This document shows positions 37,857-48,916 of a stretch of DNA of 64,000 nucleotides, one piece after another. The notes beneath the pieces were generated by a model that was not told the origin of the DNA, ran no database searches, and saw only the letters and a program-made list of their open reading frames with translations. The stretch's first letter is position 1. Each line of letters opens with the position of its first letter. Source of the stretch: an uncultured Bacilli bacterium (GTDB lineage: Bacteria; Bacillota_I; Bacilli_A; RF39; UBA660); assembly GCA_934162195.1 (NCBI GenBank), contig CAKPHO010000005.1, forward strand, positions 6,515-70,514, given 5' to 3'. Both the position numbers and the translations under genes were made by a program.

Positions 37857-39230
37857 ATGATAAAAATAAAGACAGATTCAAGAAAAATAGTATCTGGTGA
37901 TACTTTTGTAGCGCTTCCAGGAATTAGTAGTGATGGACATGATTACATTGATTTAGCTATAAAAAATGGAGCAACTAAGGTAGTTGCCCAACATGGCTCT
38001 TATAGTGTGCAAACAGTTATTGTTCCAGATACAAGAGTTTATTTAAATCAACAATTAGAAAAAGAATATGGCTATATTATTGATGAGATGAAAATTGTAG
38101 GAATTACTGGAACTAATGGTAAGACAACTAGTTGTTATTTAACTTACCAAATATTAAATAACTTAGGTATAAAATGTGCTTATATAGGAACAATCGGTTT
38201 TTATCTAAAAGATAAAGTAAGAAATTTACCTAACACTTCCGTTGATATTGCTGATTTATATGGACTTTTAGTAGAAGCCTATGAAAATGGGTATAAATAT
38301 GTATGCTTAGAAGTTAGTAGTCAGGGATTATCGATGAACAGATTTCAAACTATAAAATTTGATGTGGCTGTATTTACTAATTTAACGCAAGATCATTTGG
38401 ATTATCATAAAACAATGGATAATTATTGCATAGCTAAACAACAACTATTTAAACAAATTAAAAAAGGTGGTAAAGCTATTATTAATAGTGATGATAGATA
38501 TAAAGATTACTATTTATTAAAGAATAATGATAATGTGACTTTTGGTAAAAATGGAGATTATAAAATATTATCTATGAAATTTTCCAGTAAAATATCATTA
38601 CTAGAATATTCATATAATGATAAAAAATATGCAGTGAAAACACATCTTTTAGGAGAATATAATCTTTATAACCTAATAACTTCTATTTCTATTTGCCATG
38701 AGCTTGGAATTGATTTAGATAAAATAAATAACATTATATATAAATTAAAAATGCCAAGTGGACGTATGGAAAAAATAGAATATAATAATAATGTTATAAT
38801 TGTTGATTATGCTCATACACCTGATGCGATTGAGAATATTTTAAAAACAATAAAACCAATATGTGAGGGAAATTTATATATAGTTTTTGGCTGTACTGGT
38901 AGTCGTGATAGATCAAAAAGGCCTGTCATGACTGGTATGGTTTTAAATAATGTTACTAAAGCTATTATAACAATAGATGATCCTCACGATGAAGATCCTA
39001 AAGAAATAGTAAGTGACATGTTAAAAGGAATAAAACAAACTAATTATGAAATTTGTTTAGATCGTAAGCAAGCTATACATCTTGGTATGGATTTATTAAA
39101 AAAAGATGATTTTTTACTAATATTAGGTAAAGGGCATGAAGAATTTATAATTTTGAAAGATAAAAGAATTCCTTTTAATGATAAAAATGAAGTATTAAAT
39201 TATATCGATTATAAAAAACAAAATGTCTAG
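37857..39230 (+). CDS. Mur ligase, MurE-like paralog 1 (DDPH variant of the DNPR motif)
   Basis: N-terminus DSRKIVSGDTFVALPG...DGHDYI; P-loop GITGTNGKTT; C-terminal ITIDDPHDEDPKEI instead of DNPR. Confidence 0.7.
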   Translation: MIKIKTDSRKIVSGDTFVALPGISSDGHDYIDLAIKNGATKVVAQHGSYSVQTVIVPDTRVYLNQQLEKEYGYIIDEMKIVGITGTNGKTTSCYLTYQILNNLGIKCAYIGTIGFYLKDKVRNLPNTSVDIADLYGLLVEAYENGYKYVCLEVSSQGLSMNRFQTIKFDVAVFTNLTQDHLDYHKTMDNYCIAKQQLFKQIKKGGKAIINSDDRYKDYYLLKNNDNVTFGKNGDYKILSMKFSSKISLLEYSYNDKKYAVKTHLLGEYNLYNLITSISICHELGIDLDKINNIIYKLKMPSGRMEKIEYNNNVIIVDYAHTPDAIENILKTIKPICEGNLYIVFGCTGSRDRSKRPVMTGMVLNNVTKAIITIDDPHDEDPKEIVSDMLKGIKQTNYEICLDRKQAIHLGMDLLKKDDFLLILGKGHEEFIILKDKRIPFNDKNEVLNYIDYKKQNV

Positions 39231-39281
39231 AATAACACCTCGTGATGTTTGTCATAAAATATCATAGGAGGTGTTTTTTTG

Positions 39282-40621
39282 TGAATATAAAAAGTGATTC
39301 ACGTAAAATTAAAAAGGGAGATACTTTTATCGCTTTAAAATATTCTAATGATGGTCATCAGTATATTGAAGATGCAATTAAAAAAGGTGCCACTAGTGTA
39401 GTTGCGGAACATGGTTTATATAGTGTTGATACACTAATTGTTAAAGATACTCATGAATATTTGGTAAATTATTTAAAAACTAATTATTGGGATAAGATAA
39501 AAGATTTAAAAATTATTGGAATGACAGGAACTAATGGTAAGACTACAACATGTTATCTTTTGCATAAAGCATTAAATATACTTGGAGAGAAATGTGCTTA
39601 TATAGGAACGATTGGTTTTTATATTGATGAAAAAATAAAAGATTTAGAGAATACAACTCCAGATATTTTGGAAATATATGAGATGTTATTAAAAGCTAAG
39701 GAAGAGGAATGTAAATATGTGGTTATGGAAGTAAGCAGTCATGCTTTAAGTTTAAATAGGGTAAAAGGATTAGAATTTGATATGGTATTATTTTCTAATT
39801 TGACGCAAGATCATCTAGATTATCATCACACAATTGATAACTATTTGAATGCTAAAAAAAAATTATTTACAATGCTAAAAAATGATAAATTGGCTATTAT
39901 AAATATAGATGATAAATATTATAAGGATTTTATTATGAAAGAAAACAATAATAAAACATATGGTTTTAAAGATTCTAATTATCAAATAACAAAATATAAT
40001 TATAATCTTAATGAAAGTAATTTTGTTATTAACGATTGTGATATTTATAAAACTAAATTAATAGGAAAGTATAATATTTATAATCTAACTTTGGTTATAG
40101 CAGCTTTAAATAATTTAGGTTTTGATTATGAACAAATATCTAAGGTTATAGAAAATTTAGATAGTCCTAGTGGTAGAATTGATAAAATAATGTATGGTAG
40201 TAATGCTATTATTATTGATTATGCTCATACACCTGATGCAGTAGAAAATATATTATTAACAGTAAAAGAATTAAATCATAATCACATTTATGTAATAGTT
40301 GGATGTGGTGGAGATAGAGATAAGACAAAACGCCCAATAATGGGGGAGATAGCTGTTAATAATGCTGAACATGTGGTATTTACTAGTGATAATCCTAGAA
40401 CAGAAGATCCAAGTGAAATAATAAGGGATATAATACAAAAGCTTGACAAAAAAAACTATGAAATTGAGATAAATCGAGAAAAAGCTATTATTAGGGGTAT
40501 ACAATTACTAAAAGAAAATGATATACTAATGATACTTGGTAAAGGACATGAAAACTATCAAATCATAGGTAAAGATAAAATATTTTTTGATGATAAGAAA
40601 GTAGTATTAGATAATATATAG
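39282..40621 (+). CDS. murE: UDP-N-acetylmuramoyl-L-alanyl-D-glutamate--2,6-diaminopimelate ligase MurE (DNPR type)
   Basis: P-loop GMTGTNGKTTT; canonical FTSDNPRTEDPSEI; probable GTG start 7 nt after a GGAGGTG RBS. Confidence 0.75.
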
Positions 40622-40632
40622 GAGTTGATATA

Positions 40633-41625
40633 ATGTTAGTTTTAGCAAAATCTGCTTTAGCACTTATGGTAGCGTTTGTAATTTCAGTAGTATTTGGACT
40701 TATATTAATACCATTCTTAAGAAAAATAAAAGCTAATCAAAAGATTAGTATATTTTTAAGTGAAAAGCATAAAAAGAAAGATGGAACACCAACAATGGGA
40801 GGTTTAATATTTATTATTCCAACTATTGTTTCAATGGTTATTCTTATTTTAATGAATAAGTTAGAATGGACAGATAACTTGTTTATTATAATGTTTGTCT
40901 TCTTGTCATATGCGTTACTTGGTTTTATAGATGATTTTTTAATTATTAAAAGACATAACAATGAAGGGCTGACAGAAATTCAAAAACTTATAGGACAAAT
41001 ATTAATAGCTGTTGTTTTCTTTTTTATATTTATGAAAAGTGGAAGACAGCCGGTATTAGATATTCATACATTAGGAATAAAAATTAATTTTGGTTGGTTT
41101 TATGGCTTTTTCATATTATTTGTTTTAGTAGCAAGTAGTAATGCGGTTAATTTAACAGATGGATTGGATGGATTAGCTGGTGGACTTTCTGCTATAGCAT
41201 TTTTATCGTTTGGTATTATAAGCTTTGGTTCTTATTGGATAGCTGGAAGTGAAGAAATTGGAATTTTCTGCTTTATATTAGTAGGGGCATTATTAGGATT
41301 TCTTGTTTATAATTCATATCCTGCTAAGGTGTTTATGGGAGATACTGGCTCTCTTGCTTTAGGGGCAACTCTAGCAAGTGTAGCAATTATTACTAGTCAT
41401 GAGATAACATTGATTGTTGTATGCGGGGTATTTGTTATTGAAACAATTTGCTGTATTATTCAAATGATTGCAGGAAGATATTTTAATAAAAAAGTATTTT
41501 TAATGGCACCTTTACATCATCATTTAGAAAAATTAGGGTGGGCTGAAACAGATATTGTTAAAATGTTTTTAGTAGTAGGAACAATTTTGGGATTATCTGC
41601 AGTTTTATTTGCAGTATGGTTATAA
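40633..41625 (+). CDS. mraY: Phospho-N-acetylmuramoyl-pentapeptide transferase MraY
   Basis: Signature NAVNLTDGLDGLA; 10 TM helices; position after murE. Confidence 0.9.
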   Translation: MLVLAKSALALMVAFVISVVFGLILIPFLRKIKANQKISIFLSEKHKKKDGTPTMGGLIFIIPTIVSMVILILMNKLEWTDNLFIIMFVFLSYALLGFIDDFLIIKRHNNEGLTEIQKLIGQILIAVVFFFIFMKSGRQPVLDIHTLGIKINFGWFYGFFILFVLVASSNAVNLTDGLDGLAGGLSAIAFLSFGIISFGSYWIAGSEEIGIFCFILVGALLGFLVYNSYPAKVFMGDTGSLALGATLASVAIITSHEITLIVVCGVFVIETICCIIQMIAGRYFNKKVFLMAPLHHHLEKLGWAETDIVKMFLVVGTILGLSAVLFAVWL

Positions 41626-41710
41626 ATAGCGTAATGCTATTTTTTTCTTGCTTTTTTGGTAACTATTATATATAATTGAATTAGTAATAATAATACGAGG
41701 ATGTGGAAAT

Positions 41711-43783
41711 ATGAAAAATAAAAAAGCATTTACTTTAATAGAATTACTAGCGGTAATAGTAGTATTATCTGTGGTAGTAGCTATTACAGTACCTGTGGTT
41801 TCTAAATCAATAGAAAATTCTAAAAAAAATAGTGCTATAGAGAGTGCTAATGGTCTAATTCAATCTGCAGAATATTATTTTTTAACAGCGTCTCCAAAAT
41901 ATGGTAAAATTGATGTTTTAAATGAAAAATTGAATTTTAAAGGTGAAAAACCAGACTTTGGAGAAGTTGAAATAAATAAACAAGGAAAATCAAGAATTTA
42001 CACATATGTTAATGGTTATTGTGTAACAAAAGAGTTTGGAACTGAGTTATATGCAAATAAAACGACTAAAGAAGATTGTAGTTGGTTTGGAACAGATAAT
42101 TATGAAACAACTGATGGAACTACATTTACTTTAAATAATCAATCAGTAAAAAACTATTTAATATATGGAAATAGTACTCAAGCAACAAGAATTGGTAAGA
42201 ATTTATTTAATCCATCTGCATGGAGTACAGCTGTAACAGGTGGTGGTTTGACAGTTCAATATTTAGAAGATCAAGATTGCTTTTTAATAAATGGTACTGC
42301 AACTGCAACTACTATTGTAGCAGCAAAGTATATAAATATCCCAAGTGAAGTTAACACCTCGTATGTTTTATCTACTCAATATGTAAGTGGAAGTATAGAT
42401 AGAACTAATGGTGAAAGTAGTAAATATGCGGTAGCATATTTTGGTAATGGTGACGAAATTAATACAGCAAATAATTGGTATGAAATTAATATGCAAAATA
42501 GTGATGTAAATAATTCTGCTAAAATAAATAGTAAAAGCTATATTACAAGATTTTGGTTTTATGTCAATAAAGGAGTTAAATTTAATAATTATAAAGTTAG
42601 AATTCAATTAGAAAAGGGAACAACTGCAACTTCGTATGAAGAATATGGAGTAATGCCAAGTCCAGCATTTCCAAGTGAAGTAAAAAGTACTGGAGATTTA
42701 CTAACAAGTAGTAATTGCTCTAGTTATGGAAGTGATGCTTGTAATAATGTAGGTAAGTATGTAATACAAGTTAAGGATAGAGGCAAGAATTTATTTGATC
42801 ATAGTTATTTAAAGCAACAGGACTCATCGGGTGGATTAACAATGACAAGTACTGGTGACGTTATAACAATTAATGGAAAATTAACTAATCCTAGTAATAT
42901 AAAACTTTCTGATGTTTTTCCAAATATATTTGATGTAAATAAAACCTATACATTAAAAATTGATGTAGTAGGTGGAAGCGGGGCAATTGGAGAAGGAACA
43001 GGAATAACGTTTGCGTTTTCTTTATTTAATTCATCAAACACTAAATATATAAGAACAAATGTAAATGCAACAGCACTAGATAATATAGCTTCTGTAACCT
43101 TTTCTGGAAGTGTTTTTGCAGGAGAAGAGAAATTACACCTTTTATTACAGAATTGGAGATTAGGAAATACTTACAGTAATTATCAAGTAAGGATTCAAAT
43201 AGAGGAAGGTAGTAGTGCAACATCTTATGAAAGTTACAAAGCCGCTTTAACAAATATATATTTAGATGAACCGTTAAGAAAAGTAGGGGATTATGCAGAT
43301 TATATAGATTTTAATAATAAAAAAGTTGTTAGAAATGTATCTAAGAAAGTATTTAACGGAACTGATAATGATGTTTATTGGGGTAAAAATATAGATTATG
43401 GTGATTATGTATCATTTTACACTACATCTGATGTAAAGACTTTTAAAGGAATTAATGGATTAGGATATAGTAATGTAGCAAAAGTTACTTCATGGGATAA
43501 GATTTCAAATTCAAATGGTAATTATTGGTGGCAATTTTTACCTACTTCATATGGAATGAGAATAAATAAATCATATTTAAGTAATTATGATAGTGCTACA
43601 GATAAAATAGGTGTATTTAAAACTTGGTTAAAAAGTAATAATATTGAAGTTGTTCAAGCTTTAAATACACCAACAGAACAATCAATAAACTTACCAGAAA
43701 TAGAAGTGTTAGATGGAAATAGTACTTTATTAATAAATACTAGTGTTCAACCAAGTAATATTAAATTAACAACTAATAAATAA
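41711..43783 (+). CDS. Large modular pilin-like protein (prepilin N-terminus + ~650-aa C-terminal region with an internal repeat)
   Basis: MKNKKAFTLIELLAVIVVLSVVVAITVPVV; internal duplication YKVRIQLEKGTTATSYEEYG / YQVRIQIEEGSSATSYESYK. Confidence 0.75.
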   Translation: MKNKKAFTLIELLAVIVVLSVVVAITVPVVSKSIENSKKNSAIESANGLIQSAEYYFLTASPKYGKIDVLNEKLNFKGEKPDFGEVEINKQGKSRIYTYVNGYCVTKEFGTELYANKTTKEDCSWFGTDNYETTDGTTFTLNNQSVKNYLIYGNSTQATRIGKNLFNPSAWSTAVTGGGLTVQYLEDQDCFLINGTATATTIVAAKYINIPSEVNTSYVLSTQYVSGSIDRTNGESSKYAVAYFGNGDEINTANNWYEINMQNSDVNNSAKINSKSYITRFWFYVNKGVKFNNYKVRIQLEKGTTATSYEEYGVMPSPAFPSEVKSTGDLLTSSNCSSYGSDACNNVGKYVIQVKDRGKNLFDHSYLKQQDSSGGLTMTSTGDVITINGKLTNPSNIKLSDVFPNIFDVNKTYTLKIDVVGGSGAIGEGTGITFAFSLFNSSNTKYIRTNVNATALDNIASVTFSGSVFAGEEKLHLLLQNWRLGNTYSNYQVRIQIEEGSSATSYESYKAALTNIYLDEPLRKVGDYADYIDFNNKKVVRNVSKKVFNGTDNDVYWGKNIDYGDYVSFYTTSDVKTFKGINGLGYSNVAKVTSWDKISNSNGNYWWQFLPTSYGMRINKSYLSNYDSATDKIGVFKTWLKSNNIEVVQALNTPTEQSINLPEIEVLDGNSTLLINTSVQPSNIKLTTNK

Positions 43784-43871
43784 ATTTACATAGATTTTAC
43801 AAGAAAAAGAGTTTATAAAAAAAACTCTTTTTAATATTAGTAAAAATTGGTATAATATTTATGGTGATAGT

Positions 43872-45284
43872 ATGAATAAGACTAAGATAATTTCACAGTT
43901 AACACAAAGTAATAGTAATGATGAATTTATTAGAAGTTTAATGGAAAATGGTGTGGATTTGTTTTTGATTGATTTAAACGAAGTAAATAAAGAATTTTGT
44001 TTAGAAGTTATGAAAAAAATTAATTATTTAAATGATGAGTTGAAAATCAATGTTGGAAGTATTTTAGAATTGAAAAATAATAAGGTTCATCTAAATAAAA
44101 TATCTGGTGGTAGTGCTTATTTAAAAGAAAAAGATAAAATTAGAATTTATATGGATCATACTATTGGTGACGAAGCAAAATTATCTGTTGATTATTCTGA
44201 AATAATAAATGAAATAAAATACGATAGCATTATTAAACTTTCTGATGGAAATGTAGAATTAGAAGTCTTAGATAAAAGTGAAGGTTTTATATTATGTTTA
44301 GTAAAAAAAGGTGGACTTGTTTATGAATATAGCGAAGTAAATATTCCTAATATAAAAATAAATAAAAAGTTTTTAACTAAATATAATAAAGATATGATTA
44401 AGTTCGCTGCTGAAATAGGAATGGACTATGTTATTTTGAATTCCGTTACAGATCAAGAAGATGTCTTAGATATTAATGATTTACTTATTAATATGGAAAA
44501 TAATCATTTAGGAATTTTAACTAAAATTAATAATAATTTTGCTTTAGAAGAAGTTGAAGATATTATAAATATGAGTGAAGGCGTTATTATTTCACGTGAT
44601 GATCTTGGATTAGAAGTTCCAATTGAAAAGATTCCAAGTATTCAAAAGAAAATAATTGATAAATGCCATACAAGTGGCAAAGTTAGCATTATTTCTGCTG
44701 AAGCAGATTATGATTTTGAAGCTCAAATATTAAATAAAGCGGAGGTTAGTGATTTGGCGAATGCAGTACTTGACGGAACTGATGCTGTTATAATAGGTAA
44801 TAAATCTCATAATAAGAATTATTCTATTAGCTTGGTCGAAGAAATAGAAAAGGTAATAAAATCAGCTGAAGAAGATATTAATTATGATAAATTTTTACTT
44901 AGTGCTATTGAAACAGAAAATCAAGATACAACTGGTAATATAGCATGTTCTGTTGCAGAAATTAGTAATCGCTTAAATTGTAAAGCTATAATTGCACCAA
45001 CAGTAAGTGGATATACAGCTCGTAAGATGAGTCGCTTCAAACCAAAATGTCCTGTTATAGCAATTAGTACTAATCCAGAAACGCTAAGAAGTTTATCAAT
45101 ATATTTTGGTGTGTGTCCAATATATATTGAGAATTTAAAATCTCTTGATGATATAGTAGAGCAGGCTAAAAAAATAGCCATGAATAATGTTGATATTAAA
45201 AATGGAGATAAAATCATAATTACCGGTGGTTATCCATTTAAAGAAATTAGACATACTAATTTTGTAGAAATAGAAGAATTATAA
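43872..45284 (+). CDS. Divergent pyruvate-kinase-family protein
   Basis: ISRDDLGLEVPIEKIPSIQKKIIDKCHTSGKVSIIS parallels the PK active-site region MVARGDLGVEIP...Q; ~470 aa, PK-like domain order, but strongly diverged. Confidence 0.45.
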   Translation: MNKTKIISQLTQSNSNDEFIRSLMENGVDLFLIDLNEVNKEFCLEVMKKINYLNDELKINVGSILELKNNKVHLNKISGGSAYLKEKDKIRIYMDHTIGDEAKLSVDYSEIINEIKYDSIIKLSDGNVELEVLDKSEGFILCLVKKGGLVYEYSEVNIPNIKINKKFLTKYNKDMIKFAAEIGMDYVILNSVTDQEDVLDINDLLINMENNHLGILTKINNNFALEEVEDIINMSEGVIISRDDLGLEVPIEKIPSIQKKIIDKCHTSGKVSIISAEADYDFEAQILNKAEVSDLANAVLDGTDAVIIGNKSHNKNYSISLVEEIEKVIKSAEEDINYDKFLLSAIETENQDTTGNIACSVAEISNRLNCKAIIAPTVSGYTARKMSRFKPKCPVIAISTNPETLRSLSIYFGVCPIYIENLKSLDDIVEQAKKIAMNNVDIKNGDKIIITGGYPFKEIRHTNFVEIEEL

Positions 45285-45303
45285 AAGGAAAAGGGGTGGA
45301 AAT

Positions 45304-47700
45304 ATGTATCCACTAGGTGATAATTTTAAATTAAAAATAAATCCTATAGCTAACAATAAGAATATTGTTAAGGGAGATAGATATAGGATTACTATTTTAA
45401 CTGAAAGATTAATTAGATTTGAATATAATGAGTCAGGATTATTTGAAGATTTACCAACAGAATTTGCTTGGAATCGAAATTTTCCTGAAGTTAAATTTGA
45501 TGTAAAACAAGATTCTAGATTTTTAGAAATTACAACTTCATATTTTAAAATATATTATACTAAAGAAAAAACTTTTAGAGGTAGTAAGTTTTCTCCTGAA
45601 TCAAATTTAAAAGTTGAGGTATTAAATTCAAATTCAGTGTGGTATTATGGACATCCAGAAGTTAAGAACTATGGTTCACCTTTCACAGAAATTAATAAAG
45701 AAGAAGGAAAAATTAAATTTGCTAAAAGTCTATATTCGTTAGATGGTTTTGCAAGTTTTGATGATTCAAATTCAAAAGTTATAGAAGAAGATGGAACTAT
45801 ACGTGATAGAAAAGAAAAAGAATTGGATATTTATGTTTTTGCTTATTTAAAAGATTTTTCTAAAGCTTTGAAAGACTATTTTGATTTGACAGGCTATCCT
45901 GCTTTAATTCCAAGATATGCATTAGGTAATTGGTGGAGTAGAGATTTAGAATATAATGATAAATCATTAAAAAAATTAATAGATACATTTGAAAGAAAAA
46001 ATATTCCTTTATCTATACTTTTGCTTGATAATGATTGGCATAATAAGATAGATAACACAGAAGCTGGATTTACATTTAATAAAAAATTATTTGCCGCTCC
46101 TTATGAAATGATTTCTTATGTTCATAATAAAGGAATTAGATTGGGGCTTAGTGTAAATCCAACGGATGGATTTTATCCTAATGATGAATTTTATAATCAA
46201 GCTACCAAGTATTTACAAAAGGATAGTAAAGGAATAATTCCATTTAATGTTTTAGCACCACGTTGGATAGATGTTTATTTAAAACTTTATATTCATCCAT
46301 TAGATGCTTTAGAAGTTGATTTCTATTGGATTAAGAATGGAACTAAAACAACTAGTGCTGAACTTAACATGTTAAAACATTATCATATGTATGATATGAT
46401 GAGAAACTATAAGAGAAGACCGATGATATTAGCTAATGGAACAAGCTTAGCTGCGCATAGATATCCAGTATTATATGCTGGTAAGACAACCGTAGGTTGG
46501 GATACTTTATCGCTTATGCCATTTTATAATTTAAATGCAACAAATATTGGTGTATCATTTTGGAGTCATAATATAGGCGGTTATTATAAAGGTATTGAGG
46601 ATAATGAATTATATATAAGATTTGTTCAACTAGGAACTTTTTCACCTATATTAAAATTTGGTTGTGATGGTGGAAAATATTATAAAAGAGAACCTTGGCG
46701 TTGGGGAGTAAAAACATATACTATTGTAAAAGATTATTTGACACTTAGACATCAATTAATACCATATTTATATTCTGAAGCTTATAAGTATCATAAATTT
46801 GGAGATCCAATGCTAATCCCGCTTTATTATAAGTATCCTGAGATGTATGATGATGATATATGTTCAAAAGAGTATTATTTTGGTAGTGAATTATTTGTCG
46901 CACCTATAACAAAGAAAAAAGATTATACGATGAATAGATCAATTCACAAAATGTATATTCCAGAAGGTGTGTGGTACGATTTTGTTACTGGGAAAAAATT
47001 TCCTGGAGGAACAAATTATGTTGGTTTCTTTAAAGATCAAGATTATCCAGTGTTTGCAAAAGCTGGGGCAATTATCCCAATGGCTAATAATGAGAAATTG
47101 AATGATACTAATCCACCACAAAATATGGAAATTCATATTTTCCCTGGAAGAAGTAATTCATATAACATCTATGAAGATGATGGTACGACTGATTTATATT
47201 TAAAAGATTTTTATTTATTAACTAATATTGAATATAATTATTCTGTTAGTGATTATAAATTAGTTATGAAATCAGTTGAAGGAAAGGCTGGAATAGTACC
47301 TGAAAATCGTCATTACAAATTTAGATTTAGAAATACAAAGGAACCTGCTAGTATATCTGTAACTTTTAATGGAAGTCCTATTAGATTTATGACTTATGTA
47401 GATCTTAATGATTTCGTTGTAGAAATATTAGAAGTAAAATCAATTGGAAATTTAACTATTAATTTAAAAGGTGACAACCTAGAAGTAAATGCTATGAGAA
47501 TAATAAATGATGATATTGCTGAAATTATTAGTGATTTACAAATTGAAACAGAAATCAAAAATGAATTGGATAAAATATTATTTGAAGATTTATCTAATAA
47601 GAAAAAGAGAATTGAAATTCGTAAGTTAAAGAATAAAGGATTAGATAAGAAGTATATGAAATTATTCTTAAAACTACTAGAATATGTTGACGAAGTGTAG
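45304..47700 (+). CDS. Glycoside hydrolase family 31-like protein (alpha-glucosidase/xylosidase type)
   Basis: DFYWIKNGT (WIDMNE-like region); FWSHNIGGYY (GH31 WSHDIGGF-like); ~800 aa; no signal peptide. Confidence 0.6.
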   Translation: MYPLGDNFKLKINPIANNKNIVKGDRYRITILTERLIRFEYNESGLFEDLPTEFAWNRNFPEVKFDVKQDSRFLEITTSYFKIYYTKEKTFRGSKFSPESNLKVEVLNSNSVWYYGHPEVKNYGSPFTEINKEEGKIKFAKSLYSLDGFASFDDSNSKVIEEDGTIRDRKEKELDIYVFAYLKDFSKALKDYFDLTGYPALIPRYALGNWWSRDLEYNDKSLKKLIDTFERKNIPLSILLLDNDWHNKIDNTEAGFTFNKKLFAAPYEMISYVHNKGIRLGLSVNPTDGFYPNDEFYNQATKYLQKDSKGIIPFNVLAPRWIDVYLKLYIHPLDALEVDFYWIKNGTKTTSAELNMLKHYHMYDMMRNYKRRPMILANGTSLAAHRYPVLYAGKTTVGWDTLSLMPFYNLNATNIGVSFWSHNIGGYYKGIEDNELYIRFVQLGTFSPILKFGCDGGKYYKREPWRWGVKTYTIVKDYLTLRHQLIPYLYSEAYKYHKFGDPMLIPLYYKYPEMYDDDICSKEYYFGSELFVAPITKKKDYTMNRSIHKMYIPEGVWYDFVTGKKFPGGTNYVGFFKDQDYPVFAKAGAIIPMANNEKLNDTNPPQNMEIHIFPGRSNSYNIYEDDGTTDLYLKDFYLLTNIEYNYSVSDYKLVMKSVEGKAGIVPENRHYKFRFRNTKEPASISVTFNGSPIRFMTYVDLNDFVVEILEVKSIGNLTINLKGDNLEVNAMRIINDDIAEIISDLQIETEIKNELDKILFEDLSNKKKRIEIRKLKNKGLDKKYMKLFLKLLEYVDEV

Positions 47701-47786
47701 ATTAATAAAAACCAATGAGAAATTCATTGGTTTTTTTGTACTATAAAAAGGAAATCGAATACTTTTGTGGAATATTAGAAGTGAAA

Positions 47787-48647
47787 GGAGAAAAAATGAA
47801 AGAAGATAAAATACATTTAATAAATAAGATATTTAATAATAAAATGATAAGAACTGTTTGGAATAAAGAAGAAGAGAAGTATTATATTAGTGTGGTGGAT
47901 GTAGTTGGAATTCTATCAGAAAGTAAAGATAGTAGAAAATATTGGAATTGGTTAAAAAACAAATTGTTAAATGAAGAAAAATTTGAAACGTCTAGTATTA
48001 CTAGACAGTTGAGATTAAAAGCACAAGATGGAAAATATCGTTTAACTGATGTATGTGATATAGAAGAAATGTTTCGAATAATAGAATCAATACCTAGTAA
48101 AAATGCTGAGCCAATAAAACAGTGGTTAGCAAGATTAGGACGTGAAAGAATAGATGAGACATTTGACCCATCACTAGCAATACAAAGATCAATAGATTTG
48201 TATAGAAAAAAAGGATATGAAGAAGAATGGATAATAAGAAGAATAAAAGGTATTCAAGATAGAAAAAAATTGACAGATGTGTGGAATGAAAATGGAGTAA
48301 CGAAAGAAATAGAGTATGCAATATTAACAAATGAAATATATAAGGAATGGTCAGGAATGGATGCTGGTGAATATAAAGAATATAAAGGACTTAGAAAAGA
48401 ATCTTTAAGAGATAATATGTCTGATTTAGAAGTAGTACTTGCTGATATTGGTGAAATTACAACTAGAGAACTTGCCAAAAAGTATAAACCATACGGATTA
48501 GATAATAATCTAAAAATGGCTAAAGAAGGTGGAAAAGTTGCTAAAAATACACGAAATGATATAGAAAAAAGATTGCGTGAGTCTGTTATTAAAAAGGATA
48601 ATTTATTGAAATATAAATATAACAAAAATAAAATAGAAACAAAGTAA
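47787..48647 (+). CDS. Bro-N domain protein with DinD-like C-terminal region
   Basis: MIRTVWNKEEEKYYISVVDVVGIL fits the Bro-N pattern; C-terminal KGL...SLRDNMSDLEV parallels the DinD C-terminus. Confidence 0.5.
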   Translation, partial: GEKMKEDKIHLINKIFNNKMIRTVWNKEEEKYYISVVDVVGILSESKDSRKYWNWLKNKLLNEEKFETSSITRQLRLKAQDGKYRLTDVCDIEEMFRIIESIPSKNAEPIKQWLARLGRERIDETFDPSLAIQRSIDLYRKKGYEEEWIIRRIKGIQDRKKLTDVWNENGVTKEIEYAILTNEIYKEWSGMDAGEYKEYKGLRKESLRDNMSDLEVVLADIGEITTRELAKKYKPYGLDNNLKMAKEGGKVAKNTRNDIEKRLRESVIKKDNLLKYKYNKNKIETK

Positions 48648-48689
48648 AGATAATACTTGAATAATAAAAAAAATTATAATATAATATTC

Positions 48690-48910
48690 TTATATTGAAA
48701 GACAAACGAAGAGAGTAGTAATAATAAATTATGTTTAGAGAAGAAGTGGTTGGTGAAAACTTCTAATAAAATATTATGAACTTGCTTTTCTAGTTGCTTA
48801 TAGCCGTAGTTCTGCGTTAAAGATTTGAGAGTGTAATAAAATATTATGAAATAAGGTGGTACCGCGATCAATCGTCCTTATATTTATAATATTTTTGTTT
48901 TTAAGGAGGA
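48690..48910 (+). promoter_or_regulatory. T-box leader upstream of the small-membrane-protein/leuS operon
   Basis: AAGAGAG box; T-box sequence AAGGTGGTACCGCG 48853..48866; no canonical GC-rich terminator; CCTTAT (48876..48881) is complementary both to the upstream ATAAGG and to the SD TAAGGAGG. Confidence 0.55.
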
Positions 48911-48916
48911 TTTTTT

